Source: a virus (lineage: Duplodnaviria > Heunggongvirae > Uroviricota > Caudoviricetes > Crassvirales). Taken from it: a DNA stretch of 64,000 nucleotides. Below the pieces are notes generated by a model. The model worked only from the letters and a program-made list of their open reading frames with translations, was not told where the DNA came from and made no database searches. Made by a program: the position numbers and the translations under genes. The stretch lies in the IMG/VR virus record IMGVR_UViG_3300035498_000265, positions 1 through 64,000 of that record. One strand, 5' to 3'. The first letter of the stretch is position 1, and the number at the start of each line of letters is the position of its first letter. Shown one piece after another: positions 50,302 through 63,000 of the stretch.

Positions 50302-50469
50302 TGGCTGAGTATATACTATGTAACAATTGTAAAAAGTTAATTGAATATAAGCCCGAAATTCATTATGAGGGAGGGATAACTTATAAGAAGTTAACTTGCC
50401 CTGAGTGTGGACACACAGAGATAACTAATCAGAACCATATTCACTATGGTGATGATGGTAAGAAATAAA
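50302..50469 (+). CDS. Zn-ribbon protein, 55 aa (CNNC...CPEC)
   Basis: ATG...TAA frame MAEYILCNNCKKLIEYKPEIHYEGGITYKKLTCPECGHTEITNQNHIHYGDDGKK. Confidence 0.35.
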
Positions 50470-50471
50470 TA

Positions 50472-50654
50472 ATGAGGCAATACACTCAGAGAGAGTTTAT
50501 AAAAGTAGTAAGAGCTAATGGTTTCTGTTACAAAAGAAGTAGGGGAGACCATAGCATTTATTACAATGAAAGAGGAAGACATATTAGTATTCCTAGGAAT
50601 CTCAAATGTGTAATAGCCAGAAGATTAATTAAGGAAAATAGCTTAAAAGTTTAA
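50472..50654 (+). CDS. HicA-like (YcfA family) small RNA-binding or toxin-like protein
   Basis: 60 aa with the GDHSIYYNERG...ISIP pattern characteristic of HicA. Confidence 0.4.
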   Translation: MRQYTQREFIKVVRANGFCYKRSRGDHSIYYNERGRHISIPRNLKCVIARRLIKENSLKV

Positions 50655-50657
50655 CAT

Positions 50658-50921
50658 ATGAAAATAATTAAATTCTATACTAAGACTTGTGGTCAATGTA
50701 AGGCTCTAAGTAGAGCTTTAGAGGACTTCAATCTTATTCCTATTGAGTCTGTAGACTGTGAGGAAGACCCAGAAGAACTTAGTATTAAGTTCCAAATACG
50801 GAGTCTACCTACATTAGTTATAGTAGATTCTAAAGGTGAATTCCTTAGAAAAATAACTGGTGTTATCACTAAAGATTCACTAGAGACTATAGTCAAATCT
50901 GAACTAGAACACGAAGACTAA
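50658..50921 (+). CDS. Glutaredoxin/NrdH-like thioredoxin-fold protein
   Basis: CGQC redox motif in an 87-aa ORF. Confidence 0.5.
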   Translation: MKIIKFYTKTCGQCKALSRALEDFNLIPIESVDCEEDPEELSIKFQIRSLPTLVIVDSKGEFLRKITGVITKDSLETIVKSELEHED

Positions 50922-51856
50922 TGAGACTTATAAAATCTTCAGTGGAATTATTGCCACAGAAACCTGGTATACAAGGTATACTAGAGCAAATAGAATTAGC
51001 TGCTAGGACTTGCTATAAGAGTGAGAACAACATTAAATATGATGAAGAAGGTAATTCTTTAACTGCTAAAGACTTTGTAGATAAGATAGTTAATGTCTAT
51101 AAACATCAGTCAGTGGCAGAGCATGGCACTGTATATTTACTTCTTACTACCCCTATACAAAATTTAGAGGAGTATGAAGCTATAGCAGACTTCTATAATA
51201 AAAATCCTTTTTCAGTAGTATACAAGGTAGAGTCAGGTTATGGTGTAGGTCTAGCTCCTAATTATAAATCCAATAACCAGGGGAGAACTTGTTATTATAT
51301 AACTACAAACTACAGAGTATTGTTAGAAAATAACAGGTTAGACGATTTACAATATCTTTGTAACCCTACAGAGTACCATCAGAAAAGAGTAACTATAAGA
51401 GTTAAATGCCCTATTTCAGTATCTAGAGAGTGGAATAGGCACAGGAGTCTCTCTATAAGTGAACAATCTACTAGATATTGTAATTATAGTAAGGATAAAT
51501 TTGGTAATGAGCTTACCTTTTGTATTCCTTATTGGACTCCTGACTTAAAACCTACAGAAGATGCATTTGACATTGATTATGTAGAGAGTGCAAGTCACAA
51601 AAGTAGGAAGTTCTTATGTAATTTATTTAAAGCAGAGGTGGATTACTTAGAATATACTACTGATGATGGTTTAAAACCTCAAGAAGTTAGGGAAATACTC
51701 CCCTTATGTACAGCTACAGAAGTTGTATATACAGGTTTTATAAGTGATTGGAATCACTTCTTTAGTCTTAGAGCTCCAATGAGAGGAGCTAAGAATGTTC
51801 ACCCTGAAATAGCCAAGCTTGCAGATGCAGCTTGTCAAATGATACAATGTTGTTAG
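50921..51856 (+). CDS. thyX: Flavin-dependent thymidylate synthase ThyX; ends at TAG with TGA 4 codons downstream
   Basis: ThyX signature RHRSLSISEQS. Confidence 0.65.
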   Translation: MRLIKSSVELLPQKPGIQGILEQIELAARTCYKSENNIKYDEEGNSLTAKDFVDKIVNVYKHQSVAEHGTVYLLLTTPIQNLEEYEAIADFYNKNPFSVVYKVESGYGVGLAPNYKSNNQGRTCYYITTNYRVLLENNRLDDLQYLCNPTEYHQKRVTIRVKCPISVSREWNRHRSLSISEQSTRYCNYSKDKFGNELTFCIPYWTPDLKPTEDAFDIDYVESASHKSRKFLCNLFKAEVDYLEYTTDDGLKPQEVREILPLCTATEVVYTGFISDWNHFFSLRAPMRGAKNVHPEIAKLADAACQMIQCC

Positions 51857-51869
51857 AATAACCTGAGTT

Positions 51870-51908
51870 GAAGTAGGCAGGGCCTCGTGCTCTGCTTACT
51901 TTTTTCTT
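51870..51908 (+). terminator. Rho-independent terminator after thyX
   Basis: Stem GAAGTAGGCAGGGC / GCTCTGCTTACTT followed by a T-run. Confidence 0.55.
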
Positions 51909-52018
51909 TCTATTTACAGTAAATAATATTGTTATCTATAGCAATTTTTACTGTTAAAAGCTTGTTTAAACCAACAAAAATGCTTACCTTTGTAAAAATT
52001 TAATATAATTATGATTAT

Positions 52019-55000
52019 ATGAGCGAATGTGTAAACACAAAAAGTAAAGCCTTCCTAGATTTATAGCAAGAAACTAATGTAGCTACACCTGTTTTAAAAT
52101 AGGTGGTACATTTACTCAATAGATAGGGTGTTGAACCTACTAAAGAGGCTGTAAAGGAAACTTTAAAAGGTAAACAAGCTGAGTTTGGTAAGACTTCTAC
52201 TAAACTCTGGAAAGAGAAATATCAAACTCCTAGAATATTTAGCAACTAGGAAATTGTCAAGGAAGCTAGATTAGCTATGGAAATATTTCCAAGACAATCA
52301 GTATCAATTTATAAAAATGCTGATAATACTTGGACTATAGATGTAGCTAAACCACTAGAGAAATAGAATATTGCACCAGATGAAGATTCAACTAAGTTCT
52401 CATTTGAAAAGAATAAAGAGTCTGGTTGGGAATCATTGAGGAGTGCTGAAATACTTGCTAAGTTACCTAAAGAGATAGCTTAGAAAGTCAATGATACTAT
52501 CTCAGAATACGCTGAAGCTAAAAGCAGAGGTGTTGAGCAATCAGAAGCTAGTAACCTTTATTTTGGTGAGAATAAAGAGAGAACAGCTTCAGATTTACTA
52601 GATAGTATAATAGCAAACTCTGAAGATGCAGAGTTAGTAGAACTAGCTAAAGTAGCTAAGAGTAAGCTAAAAACTAATCCTATAGTAAAATTACAAAGGC
52701 AGAATAACGCTAGAAGAGGACTAAGAGGTTTACATCACACTGATGGTAGTATTTCTATTTATAATAGAGCTACTAAGGGTATAGATGCAACTGATGGTAC
52801 TAGAGGATTAGAAAGAACAATAGTTCATGAAATTATTCATGAAATCACCTCAGACGCCCTTAACTCAAATGAAAAACTGAGGAAAGAGGTAGCTACAATT
52901 ATGGGTTAGTTGCAAGATTACTTAACCCAGAATGGTATAAGCACATTCACTTATGCTCTAAAAAATGAAAAAGAGTTTATAGCAGAATTTATGAGTTAGC
53001 CCTTCTTTAGGGAAGCTCTTAAACATATGCCATCAAAGCTAAATAATAAACCTACAAACTTCTTTCAAAGAATTATAAATACCATAAAGTCGCTCTTTGG
53101 TAGGCAAAGAACCTTATTTAAGGACGCTAATGATGCCTTTAGACATATATTAGATGCTGAAGCAAAGGCTGACATTGTTGATAGAGTAGAAGATTTTGAA
53201 GAAGCACAAGATACTAAGGAAAGCCAAGAAAAAACTGAACAAGAAACCAATAACAAAGACAAGATGTTAGAACAAATTCATCTCATTAACAAACAATTTA
53301 ACAGAATTCTGGAAAGTAAGACCTTAACAAGTACAGATTTAGCCGAAGTATCCGACGTTATCGCAGATTTAATCTCTAGTAAGATTGATGAGCTTGAGTC
53401 TAAAAGAGACCAAGTTAAAGAGCTCTTAACTGCTAGAAACCCAGAAGACAATACTGATGTTAGCAAGTTATCTAGATTTGACCTTGTTAAAGCAGTAGGT
53501 ATCCAACACTTTATTGACTTAGTAAAGCAAGACTTTGTTATAAATAAAAGAACTGCTTTACCAGAAAATAGAGCTAAAATCACTGAAGTAGTTAAAAATT
53601 GGGACTACTTCATTAATAGAATAAAAAGTACTTTATCTGAGACTGAAGGTATTCACCTAGAGGTTAAAGTAACTGGTGAAAAAGATATTGCAAAAGATGA
53701 TGTCTTAGTAGACCAATATGAAGAAGATGGTACTAATATTCAAGACCAGGTTGAAGATGGCCAATTAAGTTGGCAAGTTGAAAACAACACTATTGACCCT
53801 GTTACAAGTATGACTCAGCTAGTAAGGTTACAATTAAGAGGACTTTATGAGCTAAGAGACAATGGTAGGAGAGATGACAATGATAACATTCTCTATGACC
53901 ATGTTAGAACTAAATGGGGTACAGATGCTAAGGTAGGTCATACTAGAGCAGCTAAATGCCTACTTAAATGGCTTAATGAAGTACCTAGTGTTGATGGTAT
54001 GGTAGAAGTACTAGAAAGTAAAGCTAAGAAAAGACCTTGGGTAACTCAATTAATACCTAAGTTATCTGATAAATCAGGCACTTACACAACTGAGCAAAGT
54101 CAATTCTTTAGTACTTTCTATAAACCTTTCATGAAGTTTACCAATGTAGGTAAGAAAGGTGACGTACTTACCTCTAGACAGTTAAATGAGCACCCATTCT
54201 TGACACTAACTATTAAGACTATTGAAGCTTCTTATAAGTTAGGTCAACATCCACTAGTAGCTAATGGCTTGGAAAGTGGAGTTAAAGAATTAATCTCTCA
54301 TTATGACAGTCTTAAAGAAGCTATATCTAAGAATGATAAAGGAGCTATTGAAGATATGCTCAGAATTATCACTAAAGATTTAGGCTTTGAAATAAATGTA
54401 GCTGAATGTCAATTGGAAGATGATGAAATCCAAAGTATATTTCATGAGCTAGGAATTATAACTACTATGGTAGGTAGAAATGCTACTAATCCAGAGTATG
54501 ACCCATTTGCTTATAACAAAGATGGTATAAGAAGTAATCTTATGAGATTCTTTGAGAAATTAACTGACCAATTTGAAGATGAAGCTATTACTTCTTTCTA
54601 TGAAGGAGGTAAAATGAGACAGAGTTATCTACTCCCATCTTACTTAACTATGTTCTCTAGTAAATTCCATCTAGAAGATAAAGCCTTTAATAGGTTCTTA
54701 TTATCTGAATTTAATAGTGAGTTCTTTAGAACTTCTCTATTTAAAGAAGGTATAGATGATGATAGCCTAGCTAGGGAAGTTAAGAAAGGCTGGACTAATG
54801 TATGGCTGTCTCAAATGATGTCAGACCCTAGAAAAAGAAGAAACTTCAGATGTAAAACTAGTCTTACTTTTAACAATGGTAAAAATCAAAAAGTTTACAT
54901 GAGAGGTATGACTGCTGAGGAATATGCACTAGCTGCAATTACTGAGTTCTTTGGTGAACAAAGTAATGATACTGAAGCTACTTTCTTAGCAAACTTTAGG

Positions 55001-58000
55001 GTTCCCATTGAGTCTAATAAGCCCTCTGCAGAGTATATTACTTTCTATGCTAGAGGTGGTTCTTTCTATAAGGATGACTTAGTTAATGACTTCCTAAGTG
55101 TATTTAATCAGGAGCTTAGTAGAATTAAAACTGTTAAACTAAGGAAGAAACTTAGAGACAGTAAAATTGCTGAGCTTCAAAAAAGATTAGATGCTGAGGA
55201 AATTACTAAGCAACAGTTTGAAGCTATCAAATATAATATCTTAGAAGAAGCTATTACTAACTTTGATACTAGAGGTGAACAATTTGTTTTCCTAGATTTC
55301 TTGAACTCAGAACTACCTAAAGAAGGTTTTGCTGGTACAGAGCTAGGTAAACTTATTGATAAATCTTCTAGGGGAGAAAAAATAGACAAAAATAAGTTAG
55401 CTGGACTAGCCGCAGAAGCCATTAGAACCTCTATTCAAGCTAGAGTTGATAGCATGATTGACAAGTTTAAAGCTAATGGTGTATTTGAGCAATGTAAGAC
55501 AATCAATAAAGTAGAAGGCACTGACAAAGTAGTTCAAAATAAACTAGAACTATTCCTATGGAATGATGCCTTTGCTTCAACTCAAATAATGCAGTTATTA
55601 ATATCAGACCCAGCCCTTTTAAAGAGCACAGATGATGTTCAAAAGAGGTTTGCACAAGTTCATGCTTCAGGGAATAGAGCTAATCTAGCTGCTACTACCT
55701 TTAAAGAGGATGGTGGCATTCCTGTTACTGATGGTGTACACAGAAGTATAACCCTCAGAGATATTGAGAAGTTTAATGCTAATGTGATTGATAACTTAAC
55801 TGCTGCACTAGACCAAAGAATAGCTAAGGCTGAAAATGATGCTGAAAGAATTTCTTGGGAGGCATTTAAAGAGAGATTAGTTGGTGAGGAGGGCCTTTAC
55901 AGAAAAAAGACTAACTTAGCTGACGCTCAAGCTTATAGCTGCCCTACTTCTTATAGGAAGAAAGCTCTTATGTTTGGCTTATGGTCAAAGGAAGCTGAAG
56001 AAGCTTATAAGAGAATTAAGAGTGGTAATTACACTTTCTCTGATGTAAGTATAGCTTTTCAACCATTCAAACCCTTCTTATTTGGCAATAGTATTGAAGA
56101 TACTGGAGTTGATGCAGAAGGAACTATCTCTAAAATGAGAGTATCTGTTCAGAATAAAAATGCTGAATGTCTACTAGTAATGGCAGATGCTATTATCGGT
56201 GACAGTGATACTGGTAAACCAAATCTTCTAAGGGCATTATTTAATGTTATGGAAGATAGTCATAAGGAGAAAGATGAAAATGGTAATCCTATAGAAGGAA
56301 CTTATAGACAAGATGGTATTGACACTGTGAACTTTGAGTCTGCTGTTAAATCAGGAGGCCAAGGTAGAATTGACACTCAAGCCTATGCTGGTGGTAAACA
56401 GCTTTTAGATGGCACTATGTTAGGTCATGAAAAAGCCTTTGAAGACCAGCTAAGGTCAATTATATATACAACTAAGACTATTAATGTAAAGAATGCAGAA
56501 GGCCAATCAGAAGAAAAAACAGTAACTGTTTATAATAAAACCTCAGTAAAGCATATTGGCTTTGAGAATTATTGTATGCAGCAAGCTGTGCCCGAGCACT
56601 TTCTAGACCATAGTCAGTTGGAAGGTTCTCAACAAAGAGCTCTTATCCCGTCTGACTTAGCTACTGTAGATGCTGCTGGTAAAGAAGTTCTCTATAAAAT
56701 AAATGAGACTACTAGCATGACAGCAGATGAGCTAAGAGCTAGATATGACCAACTTCATGCAGATAATATTCAGAAAGGTATAGATGAGATTAACACCCTC
56801 TTTAACCTAAATAACTCCACTGCTCAACAAAGGAAAGAGGCTCTTAGTAAGTTACTAGTAGACCAATTCCTAGCTGATGGTAGATATTCAGGTGATATGC
56901 TTTATATGGTAACTCTGAATGAAGAAACTGGTGATTTCCCTGTATCATTGGAAGACCCAATGATTAGAAACCAAGTAGAGCAAGCTATTAATTCTATTAT
57001 TAAAAGTAGAGTTAATAAACTTAAGATGAAAGGTGGCCCACTTGTTCAAATGTCTAACTTTGGGATGTCTAAAGAACTTAAGATTAAATTCAAAAGTAAA
57101 GATGGACAACCACTCAAAGAGAGAGCAGAATTTAATTCTGATGAAGAGTATAAAAGCTACCTTGAAGAAAATCAAGCTGGCATTGACCATTATGAAGTTA
57201 TAGCCCCTGCTTATACTGAAGGAATCTTTCAACAATTTGCAGATAATAACGGTAATATCAGTGTAGAAGCTCTAGAACTATTAGAGCCTGACCTATTGAA
57301 GATGATTGGATATAGAATTCCAACTGAAGCTAAGTATAGTATTGCACCACTTAAGATTGTAGGATTTGCTCCTAAGGAAATGGGTGATGTTATTATACTT
57401 CCTGCAGAAATTACTCTTATAACAGGTTCAGACTTTGATGTTGATAAAGAATATTGCATGAGAAAAACACTAGATATTGTACCCAAAATATTTTTATCGA
57501 AAGAAAATCAGAAATTAAGCCCAGAAGAGCAAGCTAACATTAGGTCTTCAATAGCTGCTAGAAAGCTAGCTAAAGAACCTAGTGTAAAGGAACTTAGCAA
57601 AGATATGATAGCATTAGCTGATAGATTTGTTAATGACCCTTATAATAAGAAGCTCTGGTTAAGTGAAGGCCTGACTGAGGAACAATATAAAGACATACTT
57701 AAGAGCTATGTTAATATAATGTTTGAAGTTAAACCTGCTAAAGGTGTAGACGCTAACAATAATGAGATATTTGATATGTCTTATAGTGTCTTAACTAATG
57801 AAACCAATGTAGCTAAACTACTTAAGCCAGGTGGTTTTGAAGAGCACAAACATATTGCTTATGCAGTAAGTGCTTATAGACTTCCTGAGATAAGAGAGAA
57901 AGGAATTTCCTTTGACACTCTACTTAAGATGGATACTGGCAAACTGGGCAAATTAATAGAAAAATCAGACAAGAACTTAATGTACTTTGATACTCAATTA

Positions 58001-60013
58001 GAGTATTATGGTAACAATAATTCAGCTAGTAGTCTACTAGGTATATCAGCTGTAAATAGTGTAGCTCATGCTATACTAGTCAGTGATAATATTGGGTTAG
58101 ACCTAACAGGAACATTCATTCCTACTATAGCTGGAAATGCTTTTAGCTCAAAAATGCAACTAGATAAATCATTAGCCAATGATAATGCTTCTATAGCTGA
58201 AACTTTAGGTAGCTGTGTAGCAGCATCAGCGGATGCAGCTAAAGACCCTGTATTAAACTTTATGAATCTAAATCCTCAAACTTTTAATGTTTATACAACA
58301 TTGATAAGATTAGGTATTCCTAACTCAGTAGCAACTTTATTGATGTCTTCTAAGGTACTAGGTGACGCTGTAGTTGAAGCTAACGCCAGAACACTTAAAG
58401 GTGAATGGTCAACTCCAGAGTCTATCCTTAGAGAGAAAATGTCTGATGATGAATTAAAAGACTTAGGCTATGATATACAGTCTCCTATCTTCACTGAACC
58501 AATCACCAGAGATGAGTTAATAAAAGGGCTAGTTGATGATGACTTAAATGTATCCTTAAAAATCTCAAAAGCTTTAATTGCTTTGTTTGATGTGTCTAGG
58601 AAAGTTAGATTAGCTGACCAAGTAACTAGGTATAATTCAATATCTAGTGCTGTAGGCCCATCTACTCTAGACAATTATATCTTCCAAGAGAAACTGAAGG
58701 AACTAGATAATAGCTCTTCTCTTGTAGATATGAACAATCCTGAGGGAGACCACCTGAGAACAAAGCAGTTGTTAGAAAGACATAAAATGTTATCAAAGTT
58801 TAGTGAAGCCTATAAACTAGCAGACAGTGTGTTAGTGGATGATATGCCTTTAACTAGTGCATTCTTAGATAGTATTAAAACTATCTATGCTACGCCGTTT
58901 GTAGCAGGTCTTGAGTTAAAGTTTGGACTACCAGATGTAGTTAAAGGTGATAGGGCTGTTATGGGTAAATTGAGAGACTTCTTTACTGCTTGGACTGCAG
59001 TTAAGAATGGTCTAGTTAATTATGATGAGCTTGGCTATTTAAGTAAGCAGTTCCCAAGAACACTTACTGCTAAAAAGAAAGAACACAGTGACAACTATTT
59101 AGCTCAAAACTTATATTTAAATATAGACAATAGGTCAGGATTTCCCATTGTAGCTATGAATATTTCTATGATTGAAAAAGAATCTAGAGATAAATTAGCT
59201 GCATCTTGGGCGGACTTATACACTAAGGACGAAAAATTTGCTATGGATTTATTTAAATATAGCTTCTTTAGAGGTGGATTAGGATTTAGTCCTAAGACAT
59301 TCATGAGTGTACTTCCCATCCAAATGAAAGTTAAGATGAAAGGATACTTAGACCTCTTTAAGAAAGTTGAGACATTGAGTGAGACTGAAGTTAACTTAAT
59401 GTATAAGCAGTTCATTAGTAATAACTATATGGACAATAAGGTAGCTCCAGTTATGTCAGGAATTAGCCCTGATAAAAATGGTAGAATAACAATAAGTAAA
59501 GACAATAAGAAAGCCAATTCCTTTAAGGGTGTAACTTTCTTTAAGACTATTACTAAGCCAAATACTGAATTTGGTGAACCTGTTATTAGACTATATCAAT
59601 GTGTAGGTGGTTATGAAGAAGGCCCTGTTTATAGGATGTATGAAGAAATTCCTAAACTGGGTGCTGAAGGTAACTTCTTAGAACTATCTACCGAAGAAAT
59701 AGAACAAAGTGAGTTTGATGTTAGGTTTGATTAGGATGATTCAGGTGAATCATTCTTACCACCTAGTCCTGATGATATTCCTGTTGATAGAACCCCAACT
59801 GCTATTGAGGCTAAGAGAATAATGAACGATGTTATGACATCTTAGCAACAACAAGCAGTTAGGGAAGAAATTGCCAAGAGAGAAGGTGCTATAAAGGAAG
59901 CTTATATCGCTAGATGCATGGCAAGAGCTGAATCTATTATACTAGAGAAAGGCTTTAAAATATCAAACTCAGCAAAAGACTTAGCTGAGGAAATAATAAA
60001 AAAACTTTGTTAA
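52019..60013 (+). CDS. Giant late protein, 2664 codons (10 in-frame TAG only in the first ~340 and last ~90 codons); zincin HExxH near N-terminus, DFDVD near residue 1804; candidate virion-packaged RNA polymerase or ejected cargo protein
   Basis: Frame opens after TAA 52001-52003; first ATG 52019; HEIIHE at 52826-52843; DFDVD at 57431-57445; track ORF 53027-59734 is the TAG-free core; TAA at 60011-60013. Confidence 0.45.
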
Positions 60014-60014
60014 T

Positions 60015-63000
60015 ATGGCAAAAAGTACAGGCTGTAAAAGAGCTCCTGAAATAAATGGAGAACTAAGTTAGCTATATCTGGATTTATTCGATATGCTAAA
60101 AAATAAATATAAATTAGATGCAGCTGCTGCTAGACAGGTAACTAATGTTATCTATGTCTAGTATGCATCTAATGACTAGTTAAAAGCATCACTAGATAAC
60201 CTAAATAAAGCAAGAAATAGTCAGGACTAGCATAGTGCTGATGATGTCTTTGATGCTATAGGAGGTGATGAACTAGTAAAATATGCAGCTATTGACGGTA
60301 TGAATGAACTTAACTCTCTCAGTATATCTGAGGGAGTTAAGCTCGATACTGTTCATAATGTGGAGTTTACTAATTGGGAAGACGCTTATACTAAAGCATA
60401 GGATATAAATACAGCGCATCCTACTTTAAGTGCGTATGTAATTCAATAGAATGGTAAATACATAGTTAAGATTAACAATATGACTAGCTTAAATATGGCT
60501 GATAGGGTAACTACAGACATAGAAAATCAATAGATGCAACTATTAAAGAATGCATTAGCTAGTGTTAATCTAAACATAGATGATATTACCTTTGCACAAG
60601 ATACCTTCTTTGGAAGAAGATATAATAACTTAGTAAGTTGGATTAGGAATATACCTAAGACTGACCCTAAGTATTTAATGAAGGATGATTTAAAGATGCT
60701 TATTTCTCTCTTTCAAAGAGAGCAGATAGTAGATAGAATCATAACTAAATTCGGAGGAATTGATGACCTAGTAGATGCTTACTATGGGTGGTATAGAGGT
60801 ACTTATACAGCTACACCTACTACTGAAACCCAATTAAAAGCAGCTATGGATTTAATGTAGAGCTTCAATGGTTTAGATGTTGATGCTCTATATACAAACT
60901 CTAAAGACCTAACAGACCAAATAAAGAATAATAGTGTAGATTATAATGCTAGACTATTATGGGAAAAGCTTAATGATGCATTTAAGTTAGATAGTGTGTC
61001 AATATAGACTTCTATAGATAGACTTAATACTATAAGAGAAGTAATAGCTTAGACTATTAAATCATTAGGTGTTGAAGCTAATGCTCTAAGAGGAGATAGC
61101 TAGAAAGCTGTTAGGGATGATTTATTAAATAGAATTGAAGCTCTAGATAAAGACTTAGAGCAAAGACAATATACCTCAGGACTAGCTGAGTTCTTAACTA
61201 ATGCTGCTACTAGATTATAGGATATGTTACATGAATTAGTAGTACCTATATCATAGGGCGCAGATATGAATGATATACATCAAAGAGGCTCTGCTTTAAG
61301 AAGAGCTGCTCAGTATATGCAAGTCTATAAACCTATTATAGAGAGTATTTCTAAACTAGATGGCTTAGAGAGAGATATTGATATTACTGACTAGGATGTA
61401 TAGAGACTACAAGCAGAAGCAGCTAAGTTAAATAATACTATAGTAGAGATTAACTAGGCTATTAAAAATAGTATAGATATGTGGGCTAAGTAGGCATTAT
61501 CTTTGATGTTAGTAGAAAATTCAGAGATAACTATTGATGATGTCATGGACAACTTAAAGGTAGATGCTACTTGGTTTGATAGAATGTACAATGTTACTAA
61601 AGTTAGTCAAATACCCACTGCAGTTATAGGTAACTATATCTAGGAAACTAGAAGATAGAGAACTATGAGATTAGCTCATATAGCTGATAGAATAGGTGCT
61701 ATATTGTAGACTAAAGACCCTGTTACAGGTAAGAGCTCTAATATGAAGAATAGGAATACATCATTTATGTATGAGCTAGTAGACTCTGAGTTTGGTGGTG
61801 GTAAAAAGGAGTACAAAATTATAAGTGAGTACGATTTTAATAAGTACTATGAGCTAAAGAGAAAATAGGCTGGAAGGTTAAAAAAGAGAGGTGTAACAGG
61901 GGCTGCATTCAATCTAGCTATGGAAGCTTGGGTTAATAATAACACAGATACTATTGTAGTAGACTAGGTTACTAATAGAACAGAAAGAGTTCCTAAAGTA
62001 AAGAAAGCACAGAACCCTCTTGATAAACTGTCAGAGACTGAAAGGGCTATATATGATTAGTTCTTAGACTTAAAAGGAGAGATAGATAGTATGCTTCCAG
62101 AGTTCGCTAGAAGCAGGTATAACCCTCCCCAATTAAGAAAGAATGCTCTAGATTAGCTAGGCTAGGGTAAAGTTGGTAAGGCTGTTGCTGAGAAATATAA
62201 ATCTAACTTTAGTGTTAGAGAGGATGAAGAAGGGTTTGGTTAGATTAAGGAAACTGATGATGGGGAAGTAATATCAACTTACACAGATATGACTGGTAGT
62301 ACTGATATAGTCCCAGTTAATTATGTACAGAAGCTTAAGAATCAAGATGAGCTATTATTAAACTTCTCAGAGGGATTACTTCACTTAGCATCCTCAGCTA
62401 TTAACTATGATATTATTAAGGGTATAACTGATACAGTAGAAGTTCTTAGTGACTATGTAGTAGATAAAGTACATCCTATGTAGAATGGGCTAGAGCTAGC
62501 TCAAACATTCACTTATGGAACTAAACTATTCTATGAAGTAGGTAAAAGAGGTAAACATGATATTTCTAATGTAGAAAGAATACTACAAGATTAGAAAAAG
62601 AGATTACTCTATAATGATACTACTGCAGGTAGGTCAGTCAAAGTAACAAAGGGCTTAAACTTTATTAGAAAAGTAACTTCAGTATAGGCTCTTAGTTTTA
62701 ACCTATTTGGTGCTATGAATAATGCATTAGAGGGCTATAGAAAGAACTTAGAGGAAGCTATAACATATGGTACTGATACCTTTGACCTTGTTGACCTTGA
62801 GTGGGCTCATGCAGTTATCTTTGGTCTCCACCCACTTGAAGGGGTAGGTCATATAAAGGATTTCTTAACAGGTAAAAGAACTCATAAAGGCAGCTTAATA
62901 GTTAATAGGTTTGACCCTAAGAAAGAGAAATACCATGAGATAGCTAATAGAAAATATAGGACTAATTTCTTTAGGACTTTAGTATCTAAGGATTTAACTA

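Noticed and set aside
51990-52009. Sigma70 promoter for the giant gene (TTGTAA ... TATAAT)
   Set aside because: The spacer between the candidate hexamers is only about 8 nt. No confident promoter call was made; late genes may use a phage-specific polymerase.
59735-60013. Initial impression that the giant ORF runs straight on into the downstream gene (one reading frame of more than 12 kb)
   Set aside because: Careful re-reading of the A-run at 59991-60004 shows that an in-frame TAA at 60011-60013 ends the first gene. The next ATG (60015) is in a different frame, consistent with the track.
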